Assembly (NCBI GenBank): GCA_964242025.1 | Contig: CAXSZW010000010.1 | Location: forward strand, 4,721 to 68,720 | DNA: 64,000 bases | Direction of reading: 5' to 3' | From: an uncultured Acidobacteriaceae bacterium | Lineage (GTDB): Bacteria; Acidobacteriota; Terriglobia; Terriglobales; Acidobacteriaceae | Part shown: one piece after another, positions 8,825 through 17,996 of the stretch | Layout of the letters: every line of letters begins with the position of its first letter | How positions within the stretch are numbered: position 1 is the stretch's first letter | The notes under the pieces: model-generated | Databases searched by the model: none | What the model saw: only the letters and a program-made list of their open reading frames with translations | Told to the model about the DNA's origin: nothing | Made by a program: the position numbers and the translations under genes

Positions 8825-9400
8825 TTGAGGTCCAAGCAGCTACACAACCTGACGAGGAGGCCGTTCACTCTGGCGATCCGGGCGTCCCTGGCGTTCCTCG
8901 CGATCCTGACGATGGCTGCCACCCCGGTCCTTGCGCAGTCCGCCACCCCCATCCCCAAGCTGGATCTGAACCGCCTGACCGGCACCTGGTTTGAGCTTGC
9001 CCACCTGCCGGACAAGTCAGAAAAAGACTGTGTCTCGAACGCCACCGTCCTGTATGCCCTGGGCGACAAGCCCGGCCGTCTCCAGGTCGTCGCCACCTGC
9101 CTGCTCAAGGACGGCGCCTCCAACGTCCGCAACAAGGACGCCCGGCTCGCCGATAAAATGGGCGACGGCAAGCTGAAGATCCCCGGCTTCCTGCCCTACT
9201 TCCTGGCAAAGAAATCCTGGGTCGTGGGCGCCGGAGCGGAGTACGAGTGGCTCCTGGTCGGCTCTCCCAACCACAAGACGCTCCGCATCCTGTCCAAAAC
9301 CCAGACCCTGCCGCCCGCCACTCTGTCCGACCTCCAATCCCGCGCCGCCGCCCAGGGCTACCCCGTCGCCAAGCTGATCCAGGTCCCGCAAACTCAGTAA
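8825..9400 (+). CDS. Lipocalin family protein (bacterial Blc-like), secreted
   Basis: The GxW lipocalin motif is present (LTGTWFELAHLP). Signal peptide is RRPFTLAIRASLAFLAILTMAATPVLAQS. A TTG at 8825 is preceded by GGAGG. An ATG at 8912 would cut the signal peptide. Confidence 0.7.
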   Translation: MRSKQLHNLTRRPFTLAIRASLAFLAILTMAATPVLAQSATPIPKLDLNRLTGTWFELAHLPDKSEKDCVSNATVLYALGDKPGRLQVVATCLLKDGASNVRNKDARLADKMGDGKLKIPGFLPYFLAKKSWVVGAGAEYEWLLVGSPNHKTLRILSKTQTLPPATLSDLQSRAAAQGYPVAKLIQVPQTQ

Positions 9401-9507
9401 CCGGCTCGCTCCACCTTGTTCCGGCCCTTGTCCTTCGACCTCCCTGCCCGCGCGCAGCATTCTTCGGCTCCTGTCCGCTTCGCCGCAATGCGGAAGAAGG
9501 GCATCTG

Positions 9508-9888
9508 ATGAGCTCCCGCAAGACGCGCGTCTTCATCGTCGATGACGAACCCATCATCGCCTCCACGCTGGCCACCATCCTGCGCCTCAGCGGCTATGAC
9601 GCCATCTCCTTCAACAATCCGCTCGACGCTTTGAGGCGCGCTCCCCTCGATTGCCCCGCCCTGCTCATCTCCGATATCGTCATGCCGCAGCTCTCCGGCA
9701 TCGATCTCGCTATCCGGATCAAGGCTGCCTGCCCCGCCTGCAAGATCCTCCTCTTCTCCGGCCAGGCCTCCTACCTGGACTTCTCCCAGGACGCCGAACG
9801 GCTGGATCACCACTTCCATATCCTGCCCAAACCGATCTATCCCGGAGACCTGCTCCGCGCCATCCAGGATCAAGACCTGGAAAATTAG
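9508..9888 (+). CDS. Single-domain response regulator (CheY-like receiver only)
   Basis: VFIVDDEP, LISDIVMP (phospho-acceptor Asp) and LPKP are receiver-domain motifs. The protein is 126 aa with no output domain. Confidence 0.85.
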   Translation: MSSRKTRVFIVDDEPIIASTLATILRLSGYDAISFNNPLDALRRAPLDCPALLISDIVMPQLSGIDLAIRIKAACPACKILLFSGQASYLDFSQDAERLDHHFHILPKPIYPGDLLRAIQDQDLEN

Positions 9889-9918
9889 GCCCTCACATGC
9901 GCTAACATCGTCCCACCG

Positions 9919-11415
9919 ATGCACAACACAGCGCTCGTCATCTTCCTGCTCTTCTTCGCCCTGGTCACCTTCGCCGGCTTCTGGGCCGCGCGCTGGCGCA
10001 AACCGCTCGCCGGCATGCATACGCTGGAGGAGTGGGGCCTGGCCGGCCGCAGCTTCGGCACCTGGATCACCTGGTTCCTGCTGGGCGGCGATCTCTACAC
10101 CGCGTACACCGTCATCGCCGTGCCCGCGGCGCTTTACGGCGCAGGCGCCAACGGCTTCTTCGCCGTCCCGTACGCCATCCTGGCCTATCCGTACATGATG
10201 CTGGTCCTGCCCCGCCTGTGGACCGTCTGCCACCGCCACGGATACGTCACCTTTGCCGATTTCGTTCGCGGCCGTTACGGCTTCCGCCCGCTGACTATCG
10301 CCATCGCCATGACCGGCATCCTTGCGCTGATGCCGTACATCGCGCTGCAGCTTGTGGGCATTCGCGTCGTCATCGCGGCGCTGGGCATTCACGGCGAGTG
10401 GCCGCTGGCCGCCGCCTTCATCATTCTGGCCGCCTATACGTGGTCGTCGGGGCTGCGCGCCCCCGCCGTCATCGCCATCGTCAAGGACGTGATGCTGTAT
10501 GCGATGGTGCTGGTCGCGCTGATCTGGCTGCCCATCCGGCTGGGCGGGTACGCCCGGGTCTTTGAGCTCGCCGACCGCGCGCTGGCCGCCCACAACCCGG
10601 CCTCCTCCATCCATCTGGCCCACGGACAGTTTCTTGGCTACAGCACCCTCGCCATCGGCTCGGCCATTGCGCTGATGCTGTACCCGCACACCGCGACGGC
10701 GGTCCTCAGCGCCAGCTCCGCCAATACCATCCGGCGCAACGCCGCCATGCTGCCGGCATACAGCTTCCTGCTCGGCCTGGTGGCCTTACTTGGCTACGTC
10801 GCGCTGGCTGCGGGCGTCGTGACCAAAGACTCCAGCGCCACCGTCCCGCTGCTCTTCCTCAAGATGTTTCCGGAGTGGTTTGCCGGCTTCTGCCTCGCGG
10901 CTATTGCGATTGGCGCGCTGGTTCCGGCGGCCATCATGTCCATTGCAGCATCCAACCTGTTCACCCGCAACCTGTGGGGCGAGCTCGTCCGGGTGCCCAT
11001 GACGCCGCGCCAGGAATCCAACATGGCCAAGTGGGTCTCGCTGGTGGTGAAATTCGGCGCGCTCGTCTTCGTGCTCAAGCTGCCCGCTACCTACGCCATC
11101 GAGATGCAGCTGCTGGGAGGCATCTGGATCGGGCAGATCTTCCCTGCCGTCGTCTGCGGCGTCTTCACCCGCTTCTTCCACCCGTGGGCGCTGTTCGCCG
11201 GATGGCTGGCCGGCATGGTCTCCGGGACCTGGATGGTCGCCACCCTGGGCCTCAAGTCATCCGTCTATCCCATCCCGTACCTGGGCAAGATGTACGCCGC
11301 CGTGCCCGCGCTGCTGCTCAACCTGGCCGTCTCAGCGGCCCTTACGCTGCTCTTCCGTGCGCTGAAAGCTCCCGCCGCTGCAGACCAGACCGACCCCACC
11401 GCCTACTACGGCTGA
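9919..11415 (+). CDS. Sodium:solute symporter (SSS) family transporter
   Basis: It has roughly 12-13 hydrophobic segments. The N-terminal pattern FFALVTFAGFWAARWRK...LEEWGLAGRSFG...FLLGGDLYTAYT is typical of SSS permeases. Confidence 0.85.
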   Translation: MHNTALVIFLLFFALVTFAGFWAARWRKPLAGMHTLEEWGLAGRSFGTWITWFLLGGDLYTAYTVIAVPAALYGAGANGFFAVPYAILAYPYMMLVLPRLWTVCHRHGYVTFADFVRGRYGFRPLTIAIAMTGILALMPYIALQLVGIRVVIAALGIHGEWPLAAAFIILAAYTWSSGLRAPAVIAIVKDVMLYAMVLVALIWLPIRLGGYARVFELADRALAAHNPASSIHLAHGQFLGYSTLAIGSAIALMLYPHTATAVLSASSANTIRRNAAMLPAYSFLLGLVALLGYVALAAGVVTKDSSATVPLLFLKMFPEWFAGFCLAAIAIGALVPAAIMSIAASNLFTRNLWGELVRVPMTPRQESNMAKWVSLVVKFGALVFVLKLPATYAIEMQLLGGIWIGQIFPAVVCGVFTRFFHPWALFAGWLAGMVSGTWMVATLGLKSSVYPIPYLGKMYAAVPALLLNLAVSAALTLLFRALKAPAAADQTDPTAYYG

Positions 11416-11485
11416 CATGCGGCAGCCCAGAGAGCGCGTCCTGCGACGCACCCTCCGGGCTTCCCCTCGCTCTCGCACCCTGTCT

Positions 11486-12361
11486 TTAGTGGGGCAGATG
11501 CAGGTCCCAGACCGGGGGCGCTGCGCTCAGCGTCGGCTGGAAGGGCGGCGAGGGAGGCGCGTAGTTGTACTCGCCGCTTGGGTTATACGAAGGCGACGCA
11601 GCCATCAGGAACATGGCTTGCGCGGAGTCGTTTGAGGCCAGGTTGAAGGAACCGTCGTTCGCCATGGCGACCAACGTGTCACACGCGGCCGAGTGTCCGT
11701 TGCTGTCTGTCGATGAGTTGACGCAGGTGGACAGCGTGTTCCCCAGCGCATTCAGCTCCAACTGCACGTCCACGCCGTTGGTCGCAAGCGCCACGCCGGT
11801 GGTGGGATCGACCAGGCTCAGGAAATTCTGATACTCCGTTGAGCCGTTGAAGATGACGATATTCGCGCCGCCGGTCTGGGACGTATCGAACTGGTTGTAA
11901 TACGAGAAGATGGTCGCGGCCGTGGTCACCTCATTCACGCTGATGAAGGTCTGCGGAGTCAGGTCGCCGCAGTTGCCCAGCGCCGTCATCATCACCAGAT
12001 CGCCGTTGAAGCCGCTGCCGGAGTCCCCGCCCGTCGCGGCCAGGTACACCTGATCGCCCAGCGTAGGACAGGTGTAGTCCCCGGTAATGTTGAACGCGCC
12101 GCTGGCATCGCTCAGAACGGTGGACGTCAGCAGCGGCTGTGCCCCGGTCACGCCAACCTGCGCGGCGCTGATATCGAACAGTTGAATGGTCGCGCCGTTG
12201 ACCGGCTGCTGCCCGCCACGAAGCCTACCCTGCATGTGCACAGAAACAGTCTGCGGACCAACCGAAGGAATCACGCGGCCGGAGGAACACCCGGCAAGAC
12301 CCAGCAGAGCACACGCGGCGGAAGCGATATAAGAAATCTTAGGATGAGATACGAATAGCAT
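11486..12361 (-). CDS. Lipoprotein, function unknown
   Basis: GAGGAG Shine-Dalgarno. Lipobox is CALLGLAGC. The protein is T/S/G/N-rich and looks secreted. Confidence 0.65.
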   Translation of the reverse strand: MLFVSHPKISYIASAACALLGLAGCSSGRVIPSVGPQTVSVHMQGRLRGGQQPVNGATIQLFDISAAQVGVTGAQPLLTSTVLSDASGAFNITGDYTCPTLGDQVYLAATGGDSGSGFNGDLVMMTALGNCGDLTPQTFISVNEVTTAATIFSYYNQFDTSQTGGANIVIFNGSTEYQNFLSLVDPTTGVALATNGVDVQLELNALGNTLSTCVNSSTDSNGHSAACDTLVAMANDGSFNLASNDSAQAMFLMAASPSYNPSGEYNYAPPSPPFQPTLSAAPPVWDLHLPH

Positions 12362-12511
12362 GGACGTCTCCTCAACCGCATCATCGGAAGAATCCGCCGC
12401 AGCATGAGCCCGTAGGCCATCATTTCAGCCCAGCGGTTTGCTTCCCGTCCCATCTCGCAACGGACCCAGAACGCTTCCCCCAAATCCAGCATCACAACCA
12501 ACGAGGAACCC

Positions 12512-13042
12512 ATGCCCGCCAACATCCTTCTTAACTTCATTGAGCAGAAGCTGGCCCAGCCGTCAGCACCTCAGGCCGAAACTCCCATGGCCTCCAAATC
12601 CCTTGCCAAGGGCATCATCGCCGGTCTCATCGGAGGCCTCGTGGCCACCGCCGCAAAATCCGTCGCGGAAAAGGTCTACCCGCCGCGTACCGAGGGCCAA
12701 CCTGAGCCGCCGGAGGTGCTCGCGGAGAAACTCGCCGGCCATGAACTCAGCCCCGCAACCAAGGTCGTTGCCGCCGAGACCCTCCACTGGGGCTTTGGAG
12801 CCGCCACCGGCGCTGCGTACGGCGCGCTCGCCGAGTTCTACCCCGCCGCCACCGCCCGCGAAGGCGTCAACTTCGGCATGACCCTCATGGCGCTCACCCA
12901 CGAAGGAGCCCTCCCCGCCCTTGGCCTGAGCGCAGAACCCGCCGACCAGACCACACGCGAAAAATCCAGCGAGATGGTCTCCCACGTCCTCTTCGGCCTC
13001 GTCACCGAAACCGTCCGCCGCCTCGTCCGCAAAGCCCTTTAA
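12512..13042 (+). CDS. Membrane protein, DUF1440-like
   Basis: GAGGAA Shine-Dalgarno. Gly-rich amphipathic and transmembrane segments (GIIAGLIGGLVATAAK, HWGFGAATGAAYGALAE, VSHVLFGLV). The family assignment is from memory. Confidence 0.5.
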   Translation: MPANILLNFIEQKLAQPSAPQAETPMASKSLAKGIIAGLIGGLVATAAKSVAEKVYPPRTEGQPEPPEVLAEKLAGHELSPATKVVAAETLHWGFGAATGAAYGALAEFYPAATAREGVNFGMTLMALTHEGALPALGLSAEPADQTTREKSSEMVSHVLFGLVTETVRRLVRKAL

Positions 13043-13158
13043 ACCCACGCGTAAAAAGCTCAGGGGAGGAACGCACATCCCCTGAGCCCATCGAACGCAA
13101 CCTTGAACGCCGCTCACCTAACAACTAATAACGAAGAACGTAGAACGAAGAACCGTCT

Positions 13159-14709
13159 CTAAGATGCTCCCCGGCTCATCACCACCGCCGGCACCGTCTT
13201 CAGCAGAATCTTCGTATCCAGCCACAGACTCCACCCATCGATATACGCCAGATCCAACTGAATCCACCGGTCGAAGTCGGTATTGCTGCGCCCGCCAATC
13301 TGCCACAGGCAGGTAATCCCCGGCTTCATGGAAAAGCGCCGCATCAGCCACGCCTCGGAGAACCGGTTTACATCCCGCAGCGGCAGGGGACGCGGGCCTA
13401 CCAGGCTCATCGACCCACCCAGCACATTGAAAAGCTGCGGCAACTCATCGAGCGAAAACTTCCGAATGAAGTTTCCGATCGGCGTCACTCGGGGATCGTT
13501 CTTGATCTTGAACGCCGGCCCGGAGGTCTCGTTCAGGTGCTCGATCGCCGCCTGCCTGGACTCCGCGTCCACCATCATCGAGCGAAACTTCAGCATGTAG
13601 AACCGCCGCTTGTTCAGCCCAAAGCGCTCCTGCCGGAACAGCACCGGCCCCGCACTCGTCAGCTTCACCGCCAACGCCACTGCCAGCATCACCGGGGAGA
13701 ACACCACAATCAGCAGCCCGGAAAACACCACATCGACCAGCCGCTTCACATGCCGCCGCCAGTCGTCGTGCACCACCTCCAGCACCACCCCCGCCCCGCC
13801 CCCCGGGCTGTGCCGCTTGGTGATGGATGTGCTGAAAAAGTCCGTAAAGTACTGCGCCTGAATCCCCAGCGACTGGCACACCCCAATCGCATACTCCACC
13901 GCCTCATACTGGCTCTTCACCGGCAGCGCAATCACCACCTCATCGACCACCGTGTGCATCAGAATCTGCTCTAGGTCGTCGATCCCCCCCAGGATCAGCT
14001 CCGGCGGCACAGACCCACTCTGCGGCTCCGAGTCAACGAACCCCAGCAGCCGGTAATCCCACTCGGAGTGCGCCTTGAACTCCTGGTACACCTGCCGCGC
14101 CCGCGCCCCGGAGCCCACAATCATCAGGTTCCGCTGCGGTCTGAGCTTGGGCCGCACATAGCTCCCATAGAGCAGCAGCGCGGATCGCACCAGCACCATC
14201 GCCGCCAGGCACACCACCCAGAACCCCTCCGCCACCTCCCACACGTCCACGCGTGAGCGCAGCAGCAGCGTCACCCCCGCCATCATCAGCGTGCACGCAT
14301 TCAACGCGATGATGCACCGGAACAGGTAGTCCGCAAACGACCTCGCCCGCTGCGGGGTATACACCCCCATCCCCATCAGAATCAGCCGCCACGCCACCAC
14401 GCACACCACGGATAGCAGCACGTTGCGGATGGAGATGCGCAGGCTCAGGTACCCCTCCACCCCACTCGGCGGCGCTTCCAGATGCGGCAGAATCACCAAA
14501 ATGATGGACGCCGCGCTCAACAGCAGCAGGTCCGCCGCCTTGCAGATGCGGCCTGAAACCGCGAACAGCAGCCGCGGGCTCCACGCCGCCCCGCCCAGTG
14601 CCGTCACCGCCGTCTTGTTCCTCTTTCCGTCGATCAAGCTGACTCCAGCCGTCTTCCCGGGACCACGCCTGCGTCGCGCCTCGACGCCGCCATCCCCATC
14701 CGTAAGCAT
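13159..14709 (-). CDS. Polyprenyl glycosylphosphotransferase (exopolysaccharide priming sugar transferase, WcaJ/WbaP-like)
   Basis: The C-terminal bacterial sugar-transferase domain is present: FKFRSMMVDAE, DPRVTPIGNFIRKFSLDELPQLFNVLGGSMSLVGPRP, DLAYIDGWSLWLDTKILLKT. N-terminal transmembrane segments precede a linker domain. Confidence 0.85.
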   Translation of the reverse strand: MLTDGDGGVEARRRRGPGKTAGVSLIDGKRNKTAVTALGGAAWSPRLLFAVSGRICKAADLLLLSAASIILVILPHLEAPPSGVEGYLSLRISIRNVLLSVVCVVAWRLILMGMGVYTPQRARSFADYLFRCIIALNACTLMMAGVTLLLRSRVDVWEVAEGFWVVCLAAMVLVRSALLLYGSYVRPKLRPQRNLMIVGSGARARQVYQEFKAHSEWDYRLLGFVDSEPQSGSVPPELILGGIDDLEQILMHTVVDEVVIALPVKSQYEAVEYAIGVCQSLGIQAQYFTDFFSTSITKRHSPGGGAGVVLEVVHDDWRRHVKRLVDVVFSGLLIVVFSPVMLAVALAVKLTSAGPVLFRQERFGLNKRRFYMLKFRSMMVDAESRQAAIEHLNETSGPAFKIKNDPRVTPIGNFIRKFSLDELPQLFNVLGGSMSLVGPRPLPLRDVNRFSEAWLMRRFSMKPGITCLWQIGGRSNTDFDRWIQLDLAYIDGWSLWLDTKILLKTVPAVVMSRGAS

Positions 14710-14742
14710 ACTGGACCCCCGCGAATACCCGTTCCATCCCTC

Positions 14743-15696
14743 TTAAGCGTCGCCCTTGGGATTCAGGCTGTACGTCACCGGTGCGATCCGTCCATGACGA
14801 TCCCTGACGGTCACTGGCCGCTTCAGGTGCGCGCGCTGCGAAGGCGAAAGCCGCTGCGGCAACCCGCCCGGCAGCACCTCCGCAGGGTTGTGCGGCAGAC
14901 GAGGCTTCGCCACCGGATCCTGCGGCTCAATCACCGCCTCCACGATGAAACGATCCTCCTCCGGCAACGGCGGAGCGTCCTTCGCCGCCGCACTCATCGC
15001 GTACTCCGGAAACGTCCCTTCCAGGATGGGATCGTACGGAGCCGCCGGAGCCGCAAACTGCCGGCTCTCCTCGGCCTTCTCATCTAGGTCCGCCAGCGGC
15101 CGGTCCAGCGCCTCCAACGGCCCGGACTCCATCCGGTCCAGAAACTCGTGAAACGCCTTCAGCTCGCTCTCCTTATGAGCCCGCTGCATTGCCTCCGAGT
15201 CCCACGCAGGCTGCCTCACCACCATCTCAGGAGACTCTTCTTCCGGCGCCCCCGGCAGATACACAAATGGCCGTGTGGCCTCCTTTGGACGAGCCTTCAG
15301 CACCGGCCTTACATCGGGGTCGCGCGGCTGCGGATACGCTGCCGTCACCACCTCCACAAACGCTGCAATATCAACCTCGGTCTTTGAGATGGGCCCCCTG
15401 CTCTCGAACGCCGGCGCAGGCTCCTCGCACAAAAACAACGGCTTCGCAGCTCCCTCCAGCCGCGGTCTCAACTTCGGATGCGCCACCGGATCACGCGGCA
15501 TCACCCCACTGTCGTGAGCCACAAAAAGCCCTTCCGCCCCGCAATCCTCCACCGTCCCCTGCTCCCGGGCCGAGGACCCCTCAGGCCGCCGAAAGCTCAC
15601 CACCGAGCTATACCCCACGCTAGCCGAGCCACCCTTGCCCTTCAGCCGTCCAAACAAGCCCCTTGGCCCTGCCCGATGTGTCTTTGAATCCGTCAT
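14743..15696 (-). CDS. Hypothetical protein, Pro/Glu/Ala-rich and probably largely disordered
   Basis: GGAGGT lies 7 nt before the ATG at 15696 (MTDSKTHRAGP...). Wobble bias agrees with the strand. I recognise no motif. Confidence 0.5.
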   Translation of the reverse strand: MTDSKTHRAGPRGLFGRLKGKGGSASVGYSSVVSFRRPEGSSAREQGTVEDCGAEGLFVAHDSGVMPRDPVAHPKLRPRLEGAAKPLFLCEEPAPAFESRGPISKTEVDIAAFVEVVTAAYPQPRDPDVRPVLKARPKEATRPFVYLPGAPEEESPEMVVRQPAWDSEAMQRAHKESELKAFHEFLDRMESGPLEALDRPLADLDEKAEESRQFAAPAAPYDPILEGTFPEYAMSAAAKDAPPLPEEDRFIVEAVIEPQDPVAKPRLPHNPAEVLPGGLPQRLSPSQRAHLKRPVTVRDRHGRIAPVTYSLNPKGDA

Positions 15697-15923
15697 GAAA
15701 CCTACCTCCGTCGCGCTCTGTGAGGTGCATTCTTCTCTCCCAGCCAATGGCGGAAAAAGCGATGCGGCGCTGTTAGATCAGAGACTACGGGACCCGCCCG
15801 GAAGAAGCTGTACCACTCAGGTTGGACACCCCGCGCTCGATGTGCCTCGAAGGTCACCCCTTCGATGGAAAAGGGAGTAGAAGGTCACCACCTGGCGATC
15901 ACTTACGTCGTAGCCGGGCAGCG

Positions 15924-16736
15924 TCAGGCCCGCCCAAGCGCCCCCGCACTCGCCAGCCGCCTCTCCAGGTGGCGCTCCAGCGTCTCCACCGCGAACCGCC
16001 GCAGCTCCGCCCCCCGCCCCTTCGGCCACGCCTCCGCGCCCAGCTCCTTCACCGTCCCGCGAAACATCCTCACCGCCTCCGCCACCATCTCCGCTGAAAG
16101 CGCCATGCTGCCGCCCCGCCGGTCATCCGCGCACGTCACCCCGTCCGCCCCAGCCGAATACCACACCGTCCTCCCCCGCAGATCCTCCCCGCACACCACG
16201 CACCGCCCCAGCTCCGGCATCCACCCCATCAGCCGCGTCATCCACAGGCAGAAGTACGTCACCGGCATCCAAACCCGCCCCACCTGCAGCTCGTCGAGCA
16301 CCGCCACCGCCAGCCGGAACACCGCATCCTCCACCGCCCCCTCCGGCAGCTCATCCAGCACCTCCGCCACCAGCTCCAGCCCCGCCAGCCGCGCCAAGTC
16401 CACCCTCCCACTCATCGGCGAGCTCACAATCTCAAACGCATCCAGCCGCACCAGCTCCTGCTTCGGCCGCTCCGCCCACGTCGCCCGCACATGCGTCATC
16501 GGCTCCAGCGCCCCGCCAAACCGCCGCCGGCTCCGCATCGCATGACGAGCCACGCCCTTCACCCGCCCATGCTCCCGCGTAAACAAACTCACCAGCAGGT
16601 CCGCCTCATGGAACGGCCACGTCCGCAGCACCAGCGCCTCCCCCACCCGCACCGCGACCCTGCCCTCCTTCACACGCACTCTCCCAAAGTCGAAGGGCGC
16701 AGCTCCAATACCCCGGAACCACGCCCCTTCTGACAA
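15924..16736 (-). CDS. recO: DNA repair protein RecO
   Basis: GEALVLRTWPFHEADLLVSLFTREHGRVKGVA (OB fold), a CVVCG zinc motif and the overall length all fit RecO. The true start is probably the GTG near 16652, which has an AAGGAGG upstream. Confidence 0.85.
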   Translation of the reverse strand: MSEGAWFRGIGAAPFDFGRVRVKEGRVAVRVGEALVLRTWPFHEADLLVSLFTREHGRVKGVARHAMRSRRRFGGALEPMTHVRATWAERPKQELVRLDAFEIVSSPMSGRVDLARLAGLELVAEVLDELPEGAVEDAVFRLAVAVLDELQVGRVWMPVTYFCLWMTRLMGWMPELGRCVVCGEDLRGRTVWYSAGADGVTCADDRRGGSMALSAEMVAEAVRMFRGTVKELGAEAWPKGRGAELRRFAVETLERHLERRLASAGALGRA

Positions 16737-16750
16737 CTAACAACTCAAAC

Positions 16751-17011
16751 CTACCGCCCGAAGTGCGCGGCGTTCTTATCCTGGAAATCCGCCCACTTCT
16801 CCGGCAGGTCGTCCCCGGCGTAGATCGCTGACACCGGGCACACCGGCACGCACGCGCCGCAGTCAATGCACTCCACCGGATCGATGAACAACTGTTCCGC
16901 GTCCGAGTAGCCGTTCTCATCCTTCTTCGGGTGAATACAATCCACCGGGCAAGCGTCCACACACGCCGAATCCTTCGTCCCAATGCATGGTTCCGCAATC
17001 ACATAAGCCAT
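16751..17011 (-). CDS. Ferredoxin (4Fe-4S / 7Fe type)
   Basis: MAYVIAEPCIGTKDSACVDACPVDCIH and CIDCGACVPVCP are ferredoxin cluster motifs. Confidence 0.85.
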   Translation of the reverse strand: MAYVIAEPCIGTKDSACVDACPVDCIHPKKDENGYSDAEQLFIDPVECIDCGACVPVCPVSAIYAGDDLPEKWADFQDKNAAHFGR

Positions 17012-17140
17012 CGAATCTCTCCCCTTATCACTTCAAAAATGTCGCCGTCAGAAATCAGCCTGAACCTGAACTTTGCTCTCGATTCTACCAGCAATCCTTC
17101 ACCCGGAAGATGCATCCCGCCCACTCCACCTTGCTCTCGC

Positions 17141-17464
17141 TCAAGCCACAATCTCAAGCCCCTTCTTCTCAACCAGCGAGAGCAGCTTCAACGACGCGCC
17201 TTGTGGATGCTTCTCTCCTCGCTCCCATTTGCTCACCAGGCCCGGTGTCACATTCAGATAGGCCGCAAACACAGTCTGGCTGGCCTTCTCCCGCTTCCGC
17301 AACCTCTTAATCTTCTCAGGCGTCATCTCTTCGATCGCGGTCAGGCAAAGAGCGTCGAAGGTCCGCATCGTAGTGCGATCCATCCCTCCAACACGGTGCA
17401 GATCGACGGCCGTCTCATGGACCGCCGCCAGCGCATCACTTCGATATTTCTTGGTCATCTTCAT
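17141..17464 (-). CDS. HTH (XRE-like) antitoxin / DNA-binding regulator of a type II TA pair
   Basis: LRKREKASQTVFAAYLNVTPGLVSKWERGEKHPQGASLKLL is a helix-turn-helix. This is the antitoxin class that pairs with COG4737-type RelE/ParE toxins. It overlaps the 3' end of the toxin reading frame. Confidence 0.7.
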   Translation of the reverse strand: MKMTKKYRSDALAAVHETAVDLHRVGGMDRTTMRTFDALCLTAIEEMTPEKIKRLRKREKASQTVFAAYLNVTPGLVSKWERGEKHPQGASLKLLSLVEKKGLEIVA

Positions 17465-17839
17465 CCTCCGAACCCGTCACCTTGTACAGGGCTCCGTCCG
17501 CCACTCGTTGTGCCATCTCTGCGTCGGTGTAGGCAAGAATCACCTTTGCGAGCTCCCGGAACGCCTCCAGCTCTCTTCGATCAATATTGCTGCGATCCTT
17601 CTTCTCGAACCCATACACATAGACGGCGCGGCTTCCATGCTGGAACAGAAGGATCGACCGCGCGCCACCGGACTTACCTTCCCCTGCCCGCGCCACACGC
17701 TGCTTGATCACGCCTCCACCAAGATCGGCATCGATCAAGCCGGCATCTGCCTCTGTAGCCGCCCGCCACAGATCGCTGTCCTGATGCGAGCCTTCTTAGC
17801 AAATCGAGCGAACGCCTTACCTTGGAAGACCGAGAGCAT
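17436..17839 (-). pseudogene. RelE/ParE-superfamily (COG4737-like) toxin gene interrupted by a 1-nt frameshift
   Basis: From the ATG at 17839 the frame reads MLSVFQGKAFARFAKKARI, then runs out of frame. The rest, (Q)DSDLWRAATEADAGLIDADLGGGVIKQRVA...GKSGGARSILLFQHGSRAVYVYGFEKKDRSNI, is in another frame. The junction is near 17783. Confidence 0.6.
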
Positions 17840-17996
17840 CCCTGGCGAACCTCACGATGGCTAGAAGTGTAGCACTAAGAGCCAGAAATGAAGCTTCGCT
17901 CCTTCCCTCTATACCAGAAGTGGCTCACTCTTTCGCCCGCACCCGAATCTTAGAGCAGCCCATTCATCGTCCCCGAAATTGGCTCGGTTGTCGCCA

